A stretch of DNA of 62,637 bases, filler included, from Sphacelaria rigidula (lineage: Eukaryota), in NCBI GenBank assembly GCA_964200075.2. It is 11 parts of 11 records of this genome, joined end to end, with 100 filler letters (N's around TTAATTAATTAA, not from the genome) between each part and the next. Parts side by side here need not be neighbours in the genome. Positions count along the whole stretch, not along the records: positions 1 to 5,604 come from CAXNAA020025943.1; positions 5,705 to 11,308 come from CAXNAA020025944.1; 9 more parts are not named here. One strand, 5' to 3'. Shown here piece by piece: positions 1 to 11,243 of the stretch. Made by a program: the position numbers and the translations under genes. Position 1 is the first letter of the stretch; the number at the start of each line of letters is the position of its first letter. The notes under the pieces were generated by a model. The model was not told the DNA's origin and ran no database searches. It saw only the letters and a program-made list of their open reading frames with translations.

Positions 1-94
1 TGTGTGTGTCGTGTGTTCGCTTACTGCGCTTCTCCTTTGGGGAGGGGTCCCTTTTCGTGCTTCGGTTTGGGGGGGGGGGGGGGGGGGAGGGTGT

Positions 95-166
95 GTATTC
101 ATGATTGTGCATGCGATAGTCATAAGACCATTGACCTCGCATCCTTACAAAGCCGGGACGGAGCAC
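95..166 (-). mobile_element. Structured dispersed element GTGCTC...GAGTAC, subfamily A copy
   Basis: Reverse complement reads GTGCTC CGTCCC GGCTTTGTA AGGATG CGAGGTCAA TGGTC TTAT GACTA ... GAATAC, followed by a C-tract (G-run at 69-87). Homologous to 4704-4775. Confidence 0.8.
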
Positions 167-318
167 CCCGGGTTTTCGCCGGACCAGGCTGGAGGAGGGG
201 GGGGGGGGGACACAACTGTACCATGATATCGCCAAAACATACGGATGTGCAGAGGGAGTAATGTAGCATAGTGTTTCCCGGCATTACCGATGCAGCATGG
301 ATGTCCCCTATCCCCTAC

Positions 319-378
319 CTGAACATTAGTCTCGGGAGGTTCCGCTCCACACCCCGGCCCACCAAGCCACAGCAGTGC
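319..378 (-). CDS. Internal exon of EF-hand-like protein (ALLWLGGPGCGAEPPETNVQ)
   Basis: Pyrimidine tract + CAG acceptor, GTAGGG donor, 60 nt, phase 0/0. Continues the helix after the loop encoded by 709-816. Confidence 0.65.
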
Positions 379-708
379 CTGCACGAGAAGGAGGATTGGG
401 GGGCACTAAATAACCCTGCCGAGTGTCGGAATGTCCAGGTAATATCTGCACATCAGACTCTAAGTGCTTTGAAGATGAACAAGAGGGCCGGCAATAAACA
501 CAACATAATTCCCAATCTCGTTGTGGGAGTCAACCTTGACCATTTTTCTCAATTTCATGACACGCGGGATGGACATATCACGCCATACCCGCGGGATTCA
601 AGGTTTCAGAAGGTATGATGACACGGCCTGTGCTTCACTTTCTCGCCGGCGATTGCTGTGCAACCCTTGCCAGGCATGGCGCTTAAAAACGTTGGGAACG
701 GGTGACAC

Positions 709-816
709 CTTGACATCCAGGGCATCCACCCTCCCGACTCCCTCCTCATCCACTACGCTGAACGCCACCCAGGGCTTCAGGAAATCCCTAAACACGTGCA
801 GCGGCACGCGGCCTAC
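709..816 (-). CDS. Internal exon of EF-hand-like protein (VGRVPLHVFRDFLKPWVAFSVVDEEGVGRVDALDVK)
   Basis: CTCTTCTCAG acceptor, AAG|GTGTCA donor, 108 nt, phase 0/0. AFSVV-DEEGVGRVDALD resembles a degenerate EF-hand loop. Confidence 0.7.
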
Positions 817-1689
817 CTGAGAAGAGCAGCATCGAATAAGCCGACGGAGAATCGAAGATACGAATCAAGTCTCAGTCCCTCGTTCTTTCCTGCGCCATTC
901 TAGAACCATTTGTACAGCTCGTCGCCTACTCCGTTACTCTACTGTCCGCATTCCCAGCACGAACCATCCTTCCCACAAGATGCGATATTTTACGATACCC
1001 CCCAATGATGAACATCGTGACGGTACGACATGCTGAGCCTTTAGCCTACTTGATGGACCTGTATTTTACGCTGGCGATCGGTATGCCTAAAAAGCGAGCT
1101 ACTGCGACCTCGAAGACCAGGCATACTCTGTGCCCTCGTCTGTGATGGTGCTATGCGATATGCCGAGATGTGCTCGTTAAGCGATAGCTGAATAGTTACA
1201 AATTGTCTGCCCGATATCAGCATAGTCAGATCAACACGCGTACACAACTCGATATTTCGACAGCCCCCTCCTTCCCCCCCCCCTCGCGCTGCTCGCTGTC
1301 TGCTTTGCTTCCCGGCGTTTTCACCACTTCGAGGTAGGTACCCACAAGTTCATCAGGCATCAAGGGCCCTCTTACCCGAGGAGCACGGAAATCAGCCTCG
1401 TGCCTACACCCCCAACATGTTGGTGTTGAGCCCCCTTCAGAACGTAGGGCATCGCTTTCGCAATCGTTTCAAGTCTCGCACTTTGTTCCGGCCTTCCGCT
1501 ACGCTTGGAAACGAACCAGACGGGTTCTTTTCCAACAGAGTTTCATCACGTTTTGCCCGATATTTTTCCCGACTTTCACTCACATGACCTCGTATCTCGT
1601 CACGGGTGAAACTAGAATCAGAATCAAGACGAGGAAAATTGACGGCAACATAGGGTGGTTCATCACTCCTTCTCATTCCTCCTCTGATA

Positions 1690-2001
1690 TATTGATTAAT
1701 TGGTTGACTGATTGATCGGTTGTCGCACTATAACGGACCCTTCAGGGATCCAGCCGTGATCGTATGATGGACGTACCGGAGACAAAGAAAAAAAATTGAA
1801 CCACTCCCTGACGACAAAACAAGAAACAGCGACAGAAAAGGCAGAACAGAACAACAGAGTAGACTAATAGGACAGGAAAAAAAAAAACAGCTCATTAAAA
1901 CCAGATAAAATGGCCGGCCTCTGCCACATGACTTCAGCGGAAAAGGTCTTGCGCAGAACTACACTCATACCCAGTCGGGGAAAACAGAAAGCCGTGGGGA
2001 G
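1690..2001 (-). mobile_element. LINE/SINE-like 3' end with (TCAA)n-like tail
   Basis: Shares the GGGATCCAGCCG core with 37065-37330 and 61820-62123, each abutting a microsatellite-like tail. Boundaries approximate. Confidence 0.55.
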
Positions 2002-2088
2002 AAAACAAAATGCGGCTCATCTGCTATGACTGCACTATGTGGGATATGGCCGCTCTCATCCATGAACAAAACACAATGACTCGAGGTA

Positions 2089-2456
2089 CAGGCTAATTCA
2101 GGCTAAAAATTCAAAGTTGTGTCCTCGGCGATTCCTCGCGCCGTTTTTTCGAGTTAGACCACGAAATTTTGCGCACATGTTCTCAAAGGCATTACCTAAA
2201 ACTCGAAGGATGGGCTTTCTTTATTTTTGGTTTGGGGGTCAAGATAGCCGGGATTCGCACCCCCCCCCCACGGTCCGCGACCCTGGATAACCGGTCAACA
2301 AACGACAAAATCAAAAGGCCCATCCTTCGAGTTTTAGATAATGCCTCCGAGAATATGTGTGCAAAATTTCGTGGTCTAACTCGAAAAAACGGCGTGAGGA
2401 AATTCGAAAACGTGCGCTGGAGCATAAAAAAGACTGCAGGCCCCCCTAATTACTTG
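2089..2456. mobile_element. Foldback MITE-like element
   Basis: About 84-bp inverted arms at 2132-2215 and 2318-2401, plus degenerate short terminal inverted repeats (CAGGCTAATT / AATTACTTG). Confidence 0.7.
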
Positions 2457-3655
2457 ATTAAAGTATAAAACGCCTTTTTTGAGGGTTGTTTTTACGGTAC
2501 AAGACCAAGCGGCTTCAGTTTTTCGAGCTGAGCAACGACAATTGGTACACATGTTTCTTTGGATACCACCTAACCCTAAGACGTCAAACGTTTGGGGTTG
2601 AGGCATTCTGTACCGGGTTTTGGGGGCTCTTTCTTCTGGGACCCCCGGAAGCCGGTAGAGAACAGAGAAACTTTGAAATATTGCCAAGAATACAATTTTT
2701 CCATTTGAACCATCAATACCTACGGAACTGCCAAGTTTGGGGATGATCTGAGCTTTTCTACAACAAATAAAAGGGAAATCGTCACGACACTCCGTGGGTC
2801 TTTCGTACGTATCATGATGAGTGGAAATCAGACGACGCCAATGCTCCACATCACCGAAACAATACGATTTCGGGCAAAATTCGACCGCGTTGGAACCATT
2901 TTCAAATCTATTTCTCCCGTTAGATTCCCAAGCTGATGACGGTTACTACGATTTGAAGCATATGGAGATTCGGTGGAAATTGGGCTTGGAAGTCGTGTTT
3001 CAATTTCGGAACAGTTTGAAAGGCGCTGATTGGTCGAGACATATTTTTGTCCATAGCGCCACCGCTATAGCCTTAAACAAAAGTCTGGCTATGCCACCCT
3101 TTTTCTTCTGTTCATTGCGGTCGGTATGATACCATGTATACGATTATTGGGTGCGTATTGCGGAAGACCTTTGCCGGGGACACAATTTTGGGTTTTCAAC
3201 CTGAACCAGCCTTTACCATACTGCCCTGTTGTACACCGGCAGGAAAGAACACATTTAGAGAGAGAAATATGAGGTAAAGGGGGAGCTGAGGAGAAGGAGA
3301 CTACAGGAGTGGTGACGATCAAAGAATTCAGTGCAGCAGAGTAGATACAGACACACACCAGGGAGCACCGCAAATATGTGTATGTGTATATTAAATCGCG
3401 GTACCGTAGCTAAAGTTGGAGCTGACATCTACGCACCGACCGAGACAAAAAAACTCAGTTGGAATATCGTTACGTAGCAACGCCGTGCGCGCTCGTTGTA
3501 TCTCGTCTTCATATGCGTTGTTCTCCCTAGGCGGTCGGGTCGACGGGGGCTTGATAGGCTTCTCAGCGTCGGTATGTGCACCTCAAGAGAAAACCGCTGT
3601 GAAAAATATGAATTCGGCTTGGAGGTGTTTGATGAAAGACCTTGTTTATTTATTG

Positions 3656-4264
3656 CTTCCTCTGTGCCATAGGTAAAGGTTCTTATGATTGCACGGACCC
3701 TTGACGATGTGATATATGATTTTCGATCTTTTTATTGCATTCGTCGGCGTTTTTTTTAGTTAAAACCAACATTCTTTCTACAACGTGGGTGCTTGACTTA
3801 TGCAGCCGCGCGGCTGAGAAAACATAGGTCAGTCCAAAAACGGCCATTTTTCGCTCGTTTTCGCGGGAAAGCATGAGAGACCCGGGAACAGGAAAAATCG
3901 CGAAAAATGGGCCGGAAAAATGTGAACATCGCGAAACCACCGTTGATTTCGGACATGTTCGTGATGTCAACCTACGCAGCGCCCCATTCAACATTTTCTT
4001 AGCATGAAGCTGTTAGTGCTCGACGTGAAAACGTCCAAAATCGGTCAATGATGGAATATAAATGGATCAAAAAGGGTCAAAATCGGGTATATTTCGACAT
4101 AATATTTGTGATATAAACAACTTCTTTCTCTCGTTTTTTTCTTCATCAGCTTCGTCTGCGCTTTTTTATCTCTCTAACGAACCTAACCACAGGATGATCG
4201 TCAACGTTAAAATACCTAAACGATTAAACGCCCATAGGGACCTTTACTTCTGGCCCACAGGAAG
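3656..4264. mobile_element. Tc1/mariner-type (Stowaway-like) MITE, diverged copy
   Basis: TIRs CTTCCTCTGTGCCATAGGTAAAGG / CCTTTACTTCTGGCCCACAGGAAG with flanks TG/TA. Body homologous to 37876-38467 and 40999-41594. Confidence 0.8.
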
Positions 4265-4299
4265 TATTTACTGTGTCCGTCGTTCGGAACGAGCCATAC

Positions 4300-4503
4300 C
4301 CGCCCTCCACGCGCGTCAGGGCTGCTCGTGAGCATCCGCACCACAGCCGCAACATCTGCATCCGCCTCGGCCTCCCTTTCCCGCCGGGTACGTGATTCCA
4401 CGTCTGAGAGGATCACCAAAGAGCGTAGTATTTCTCCAGCCTTTCCGCCTTCCACCGTACCAGGGCTGTTGACACCGCCGGAGCTGCCTCCCTCCGTGGC
4501 TGT
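4300..4503 (-). CDS. Internal exon, probably the same gene as 709-816 (TATEGG...AAVVRMLTSSPDARGGR)
   Basis: GCACAG acceptor, CGG|GTATGG donor, 204 nt, phase 0/0, open frame, coding-like GC content. Confidence 0.6.
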
Positions 4504-4703
4504 CTGTGCAGGTGGCGATACCAGAAAATAAAGCAACTCATTGGAGGCTGTCGTCCAGTTGTCGTCCAAATGCGAGATGATCAGTAGGCTTCGGGTCGAA
4601 CAATCTTAGCAGGGTGCAGGTCACCCTTCAGGCGACTCGCCGAACACACCACGGCGCTTCGTGCTTGGTAATTGAGTGCGAGCCTGGTCCGGCGAAACCC
4701 GGC

Positions 4704-4775
4704 GTGCTCCGTCGCGGCTTCGTAGGGATGCGAGGTCAGTGGTCTTACAACTATGGCATGCAAGATCATGAGTAC
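4704..4775 (+). mobile_element. Structured dispersed element, subfamily A, at the 3' end of a ~285-bp repeat (4496-4782)
   Basis: GTGCTC...GAGTAC followed by ACCACCCCCCC. The region 4496-4782 aligns by eye with 60582-60850. Confidence 0.85.
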
Positions 4776-4836
4776 ACCACCCCCCCGCGCGCCTGCAAGT
4801 CAGTTGGTGGTTGATCCCGGGTACGTTGTCGCTTAC

Positions 4837-5045
4837 TTTTTTGCGTAGTGCTTTCAAGTGCCTTCTGCGTTCGACCGCGCTACTTTCAGCAGCGGATGCA
4901 TGAGGTTTCAAACCCTGATCAGCTATCGCTTTTTGGGGGAATCCAACGTCCACGCCATGCGTCTTCATGTTGGGTGCCCTTTGCCGCAGGAGCACGATCT
5001 CAGAGCAAGGACTACATCCCCAAGGGATACATTGACATGGATCGA
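4837..5045 (-). CDS. Putative upstream exon of the contig-1 gene (ends ...ERRRHLKALRKK)
   Basis: Strong AAA|GTAAGC donor in phase 0. The TTCCAG acceptor is less certain. A phase-compatible small exon may lie at 5165-5217. Confidence 0.45.
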
Positions 5046-5477
5046 CTGGAACAAGCAAATTCCACGACGAGACGGCTAAACGCTAGTAGGGTAGATGTGC
5101 GAGGGGCAAAGGAAGCGCGGCTAGCAAATGCGCGTGGCGCCAGTTTTGTTTGTAATTCTTCAACCGATGCTGTTGCCCTCGACGCCAGGGTAGAGCGCTG
5201 GGTGCCACATGTGCTGCCTGCTTGAAAATCTAGCCGTGCTTCACACTCCATGAGAGAAAAATCTGGGATACTACTGAGAACATGCTCACCGTAGTCAGGT
5301 CTGCTGAGAAGAAAGAATGTATATATTTCTCGTGTTGACCTCACTTCACATCATCGTGGGTACGGTAATCGCGTACTTCGTTGTTGTTTATTTTCGTCGC
5401 ACTTCTATAACCCCTCCACTTCCTCGGGAGGCGAATCCGTAGTCTCGAAGAAACCAGCTATCTCTCCCTCGGTACAT

Positions 5478-5543
5478 GTGCTCCGTCTCGAAAGGGATGC
5501 ATGGTCAATGGTCAAACGACCAAGGCAAGCAACAAATGAATAA
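5478..5543 (+). mobile_element. Structured dispersed element, subfamily B copy
   Basis: GTGCTC CGTCTC GAAA GGGATG CATGGTCAA TGGTC AAAC GACCA AGGCAAGCAACAAAT GAATAA, with a C-rich tract downstream. Confidence 0.85.
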
Positions 5544-5604
5544 GGGGCCCCAGCCTCCCCACCACCCCCCCCTCTTGAATTAGGGACTAACAGGGTAGAT
5601 GCAG

Positions 5605-5704
5605 NNNNNNNNNNNNNNNNNNNNNNNNNNNNNNNNNNNNNNNNNNNNTTAATTAATTAANNNNNNNNNNNNNNNNNNNNNNNNNNNNNNNNNNNNNNNN
5701 NNNN
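5605..5704. other. Artificial contig linker. Identical linkers at 11309-11408, 17013-17112, 22717-22816, 28420-28519, 34123-34222, 39826-39925, 45529-45628, 51232-51331, 56935-57034
   Basis: 44 N + TTAATTAATTAA (stops in all six frames) + 44 N, separating size-sorted 5604/5603-bp pieces. Confidence 0.99.
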
Positions 5705-5755
5705 GTTCTCATCCTCAATGAAAAGCACCATCCTCAACATAGATGATCGGCTGTT
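5705..5755 (-). repeat. End of AACAGCCGATCATCTATG repeat family (contig breaks inside it)
   Basis: Exact reverse complement of 11244-11294. A third copy lies at 28520-28577. Confidence 0.9.
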
Positions 5756-8440
5756 CCAAGCAGAAACCAAGGCGCAGGGACCAAACACGCTTTGGCATTC
5801 AGGTTTTTATTTCATTCCGATTTCTTTGGGGGTTTGGATTTGATTCGGAATATTTTCGTATTGAAGTTTGCAGCAACGTGATATGCCGACGATGTGAAAC
5901 ATCCTGTGGTTCCATTTTTTGTTTGTTTTAGTTTTTGTTTCCACGATGTACTACCGTAGGTTGGTTATGATATTTTTACTTGATCCTTCACATGATTGCA
6001 ATGGTTTTGGAATTGTCGAGAAAGAAAATAATGGGGGGGGATTCGACTATTTGCTTCCATGACTCTCTTTTCGGGTAATTAAAACGAAAAAAACTCATGT
6101 GATGGGGTTATCCACGGCGGATTATTTTGGGAGAAAATCAGGTGATGGGGTGATCCACGGCGGAGTATTTTGGACAATTTAATCAGTCGGTTATGGATTT
6201 CGGGAGGGAGTTTGATACTTTTCGATCCGCGCTAGAATATTTTCGACAAAGTGATTCGCCGGCTCTGGATTTTGGGTCGGACATTTTCAACTACGGAAAA
6301 AACATGGCGTGGATTCAACCTCGAGTATACTTCCGAGAGTGGAACGTTGTTTAGTCTTGGGTATTACTAAACAATTGACTATCCACCCGCCGTTCAACAT
6401 GCGGGACTGACTATGCACCAGGATATTCACGAGAATTGACTCTGAGGTCATCGATGATATATTTTCATGTACTACCTGGAAGCAATACTCCCTGAAAATC
6501 AATGTGTAATATTGAATCGGGGGGCGCGTTTATATACGGAGCAATTTATGTCATGTTCTCTCAGGGTGTGGCGTTTATTCAAGGAGTAATATCCGTCGTG
6601 ATATAATTGGGGTGATAGTACTGTTTATGCAGAGTAACTCCTAGTTTGACTTCTTTGCATACACTCGGGCTTTGGTGTACAGGGATTGATTGTTTTGTGA
6701 AAGAGAAAATATTCTAAGAGTGGGACGATGAGTTTGACGATTTTGGGAATTTATCGGGGCGGATAACAAGCGAAATTTGCATCAAAGATCAGTGATTCGA
6801 AATGAAGTGAACTGATCAACCGCTATTTTTGGTGACAATATTTTTAGTGCTTACAAAGTTTGGTTTTATGTTCCGAGTTCCTCCCTGATAGGATATACGC
6901 AGTACAAGTCGTTGTGAAATGAACGAGTGTACTCGTACATAATTTTTCTGAGTATTCTAGGGTCTATGAAGGGAACGAGGTTCGGAAGAGATGTTTTTCG
7001 TGTTTTGACATGAAGGGATCCAAGCTTGGAAGTGTTCACTGATGTGGATTATTTCAACTATTCTAGGCGGTTGATAGATGGTCGACATCAGGGAGGCTAG
7101 TGATGTGTTGAAAGTGACTGTGTCTTGTTTTTCTAGAATACAGAGTTGTACAAGCAGAAGCAGGTCTTGTGTTCTCATGTTGGGACAGATAGGAAATCTA
7201 TATATTGTATTCGAGTATACCTCTAGTTTTAGTGTTTAGATTTGAATTTATTCGATTTGAATTTGAATTCTGTTCTGGAGCTCGAGGAGAAGTGGTACAC
7301 ACGCTACTACTACTGCGAGTTTTCATTTTGCACTGTTTATTTTACATACTATTCCGAGGAGTTATTTTTTGTTCAGCGGCATGATATCACGGTCACTGCA
7401 TATGTTGACTGTAGACACTTGCCTGATGTAGACCGTGTTGTAGACGGTATGTTGAATCGAATTTCACGTAGACAACATCATCATCTTGCTACCATGAGAA
7501 TAGTGCGTTTTCAACAGATTCGAGTATTGAAAGGTTGAGAGTGTTTTTTGAAGGCCATCATAGTAACTGAGGGGTATGGAAAGACGTCCACTGTGCATTC
7601 ATGTGTGATTTTTGGTTGTTCCAAGTAAGATTTGGGAACTGGTGATGATTGAGATTGATACATATATATATATATATTTGTTTTGTGCTGACTGACGCAA
7701 ATAATTGTTGAAATGGAGCATGAGTAGGATACAAAGAACTGATAATATTCAGGATTTGAGCTTTCGATTGCTAAAGTAGGCGAGTTTGCGACGCCTGTGC
7801 GTGGCTGAAAATATTTTTTCCAGACGGGATCGGGTTTTCTTTTTCAGTTCTTCGTAACATAGTGTTGAATTTATGTTTGAAATAACATGAAACAGTTTTC
7901 TCGTTTTAGAATGAGGCACTATGAATTCAGGATAAACTATCAGTCCTAGAGCCGTAGCAGGGAGGCTAATCGATTATACTTACGCTCCAGGATTGTAACT
8001 GTACATCTGCCTGGATAGAAGGGAAATGGATATTCAGATTGGATCATGGCATACAGGGGAAGTACGAATAAGAGATTAGTTCTGTTATTTGAGGTATAAC
8101 CGATGTAGTGCTTGCAGTAGATATCCACTGGTAGCACATGCTTTTTCGCGTGGCGAAAAGATGGGATTATGACGTGTGATTTTGTATGAACGATTCCCCG
8201 CCCCACTGTGTTCAGTAAGCGTGAGTGTGCGGTGTGCGAGCGGAGTGCGTACATGGGGTTTTTACATTTTACATGTAGAGTATAATATACACTTTTCTAC
8301 CGGGTAATTAATACATCAACGGAGGTCCCACGACCTCTTTCAAACATGAGCTATTGCGCCGAGCACGTGGTTCAGCCTTTACGCTAGCGATCAGGCTACG
8401 CTTCGCGCAGGCGACCTCAGGGTTCGTTCAGACATAAAAA

Positions 8441-8995
8441 ATGAACTCCGAAAACCAAGTAGACGGCATCATCATCAAGATCCAAGACGCCGGCCCAGAC
8501 GCGGCAAGGAAGATACTACCAGAATACGTGCAGGAGCAAGTGAAACATCTACAAGAGCTGCGTCAGCAAAGTCAAGCACAGGACAAGGAACCAAGCCTGG
8601 GAGCGCGCGCGTCAGCCACAAAAGCGACGGCCCCCCAGCAGCGCATTTCACCCAAGACTACGACAGCAGTTCAAGACGAACGTCTGCGCACGCAGAATCA
8701 AGCCCACATCGGACAGTCTGGCACACCAAGGGTACGGTTTCACGACAGCGAGGATAACAACAACAACAACAACAACAACTACAACGACAACTACAAGCAA
8801 GACAGCAACAACGGCAACACGGACGACAGGAGCAGGAGCAGCAGCAAGGCTGACACGATGGACAATCTTGGAAAAGGCCGGCGAAACACCAATGCGATTC
8901 TGGGCTTGGACCATCCTCTCGATCGCGGGAAAAGCGCAGGAGGTGGTGGACGTACAACAGCAGCAGCTAGCGGGTGCCGGACATCGGAGCCTTGA
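8441..8995 (+). CDS. 184-aa low-complexity ORF of unknown origin (possible retroelement gag-like or exon fragment)
   Basis: Open A/C-rich island with an (AAC)n poly-Asn tract inside otherwise T-rich non-coding DNA. No motif recognised. Confidence 0.3.
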   Translation: MNSENQVDGIIIKIQDAGPDAARKILPEYVQEQVKHLQELRQQSQAQDKEPSLGARASATKATAPQQRISPKTTTAVQDERLRTQNQAHIGQSGTPRVRFHDSEDNNNNNNNNYNDNYKQDSNNGNTDDRSRSSSKADTMDNLGKGRRNTNAILGLDHPLDRGKSAGGGGRTTAAASGCRTSEP

Positions 8996-10650
8996 AAAGG
9001 GTCAAAGGCACGTGTTGTACTCATCTACCATTGATGTAGAATGTAACATGTGTACGAGTTGAATTTGCGCGTGAAGTGTTCGATCACATGAGTCATCATT
9101 TTTGTTTGGATCGAGATCGAGTTTTTCGAAAATACTTCGATTCGTGCTTGTTTCTTTTTAATTTAATCATCACGCCCTGATCGCTCTGTAGTGAGACGGA
9201 GCGCAAGTGTGATGTTGGAGTGTTTTATGTTTGCCCTACTTTGGTTCTTATCTGTTCGAGACTTTGGTTTCTCCCTTCTCCATTGCAGACATGATATGAT
9301 CCCCTTGACTCTAGTAGGGGGTGTTATCTACCGTCATGAAAGTGCGGAACACGTCACGTAAGTATATGTGTTGATTCTCGCGTCTGCACTGTATCGTAAT
9401 AAGCTACACTGATCTGTAGAGTGTGGCACTCAACCAGTTTACCCTATTGGCCTGCATTGTACTGTACACGATCTTCCCCCCATTTGTTTTCCAGTCGGTC
9501 CCCCCGAAGAAGCAACGCAAGCACAGATGTTTGGGTACATGGCCTTTTGCATATAGGGGTGTTATATTCCGTCATCTACAGTAGAAGTTGAGCTTACATT
9601 TTTGACTCGAAGATTCATGTTGCAGGCTTGCAGTCGGATTATTTTTGTCAGCAATATATTGCCCTTCCCTTTTATCCCCTGTTCTTTCGATCACTGTTAT
9701 ACCCTGCCCATCTATGCAGTATTTTTCATTCATGTATGCCCCGAAGGTATGGCTGTGATTTCATATTTCGTCGTGTAGGGGTGTTATATTCCGTCATATA
9801 CGGTAGTTAAACTTACATTTCTGACTCGAGATGACTTCGACGGGAGATGTTGCGTTATACAGACATTACAGTAGTCGGTCCCATATTCCCGACATGTAGA
9901 ACTATTCGGTGAAGCACGCAATATGTTGCCTTGTGTCCACAACTACTTGTGTCCTAAACTGTATGGATTAACAGTCAGGACTTCAACTGATCGCGATATG
10001 GAGTACAGGAGGGCAAGGTCGCATTGGCTGGTGGTATGAGATGCGGTTGGTTTTGTGTTCTCAGACATTAAGCGCAAACGAAGCACGTTGAGCACGTCGA
10101 TTGCAAGCAAAAACGGAATTTCGAAGTGTTGTAATGAGTAGTTTCACGTAGTATTATCTCATGTTCAGCTACTTTCTGTATACTGTACTCCAGGCTGATT
10201 ACTGCTTGCATACCGTGCTGTATTACAGTCTGCTGTGTACTGGGGCATAATCGAAGTATCATGTGTACTGCAATGTTGGTACGCTTACGTTTCTGATGTT
10301 GTGGGCCAATGCGGGCCATTGACATTACTTTTGTTTTTTCGTTTCTACAGATTGTTTGTTGAGCATGCTCCCCTATCCCCCCGGCGTGATCGATCTTGGA
10401 TTCATAGGCATACTTTGGGAAGCCTTATGCATATACTGTTTGTAGAGCGTGCATGGTTCCCCGCATACAAACATGTAAAGGAAACACGTTGAGCAAGAAT
10501 GTACTGTTCGAAATGTCCATGCTTCCCCCGCGGGTTAATCAATAATTATTGCATCACAGTATTGTATAGCTTGACGAGCTTGTGTGATTTAAATTGGGTG
10601 CAATTGAATTCATTTAGTTGTGGTGAGCCAGTAAAATATAGTACTACTGC

Positions 10651-10890
10651 GTGTGTGAGTTATCGTCCCATCCATTCCGGATGCCAGTCTACACCTTTCG
10701 GTATATGTGGGCGCACCAGCCGGAGTCAGACAGGAGGAGGGTCAACACAGGATTTGTTCTGTTCCTGTTGTTTGCTTTTAGCACTACTACACCTTCTGCG
10801 ATGCTAGCTTATATTTTTCATCGCGAGGGAATGTGAGCGTCCCTTCCCCTCGTCGACCGTTGGGGCGGATTTTGTTGTACCCACGACATG
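10651..10890 (-). mobile_element. tRNA-derived SINE, 5'-truncated degenerate copy
   Basis: Matches the body and tail of 53498-53823 in reverse (TCGTCCCAT...CAGCCGG...ACACAGGA...CCTTCTGCG...TTGTACCCACG). Ends approximate. Confidence 0.75.
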
Positions 10891-11243
10891 ATACTGTCGT
10901 TATTGTTGACAAAAATATATTTTTGTTGCATTGCGAGGAAAAACGCATGGATTTATAATAGGGGAGGAACTTCATATTTGATATGACGCAGGTACGATGT
11001 TTTCGGATATTTTTCGATTTTTTTTATTCAAATACAACGGACGACTTATTTCTGCCACTATTTGCCACCGCACGCGTGCCCTGCCCCCGGTGCTGCGAGC
11101 CAATATTTATGGCGAGGCAACTGCTTTCGAACCCAGGTGGATGTGCACAACAATGACGAAGCCCGAACTGCGACACCGCAACAACCAAACCGAAACAGCG
11201 ACCGCGGCTTGGGCGACGACAACGCAACCGCTTGAGGGGCTAA

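Noticed and set aside
1319..1356. Hammerhead-like CTGATGA...GAAA on the minus strand (also 42077-42089)
   Set aside because: The first has extra GGT between stem II and GAAA, and the second has no stem II. No convincing stems I and III.
1437..1676. 79-aa ORF as an exon of the contig-1 gene
   Set aside because: It ends in a stop and its phase does not fit the neighbouring exons, which splice cleanly without it.
5605..5704. TTAATTAATTAA recurring every ~5.7 kb
   Set aside because: Artificial six-frame stop linker inside N padding, not biological periodicity.
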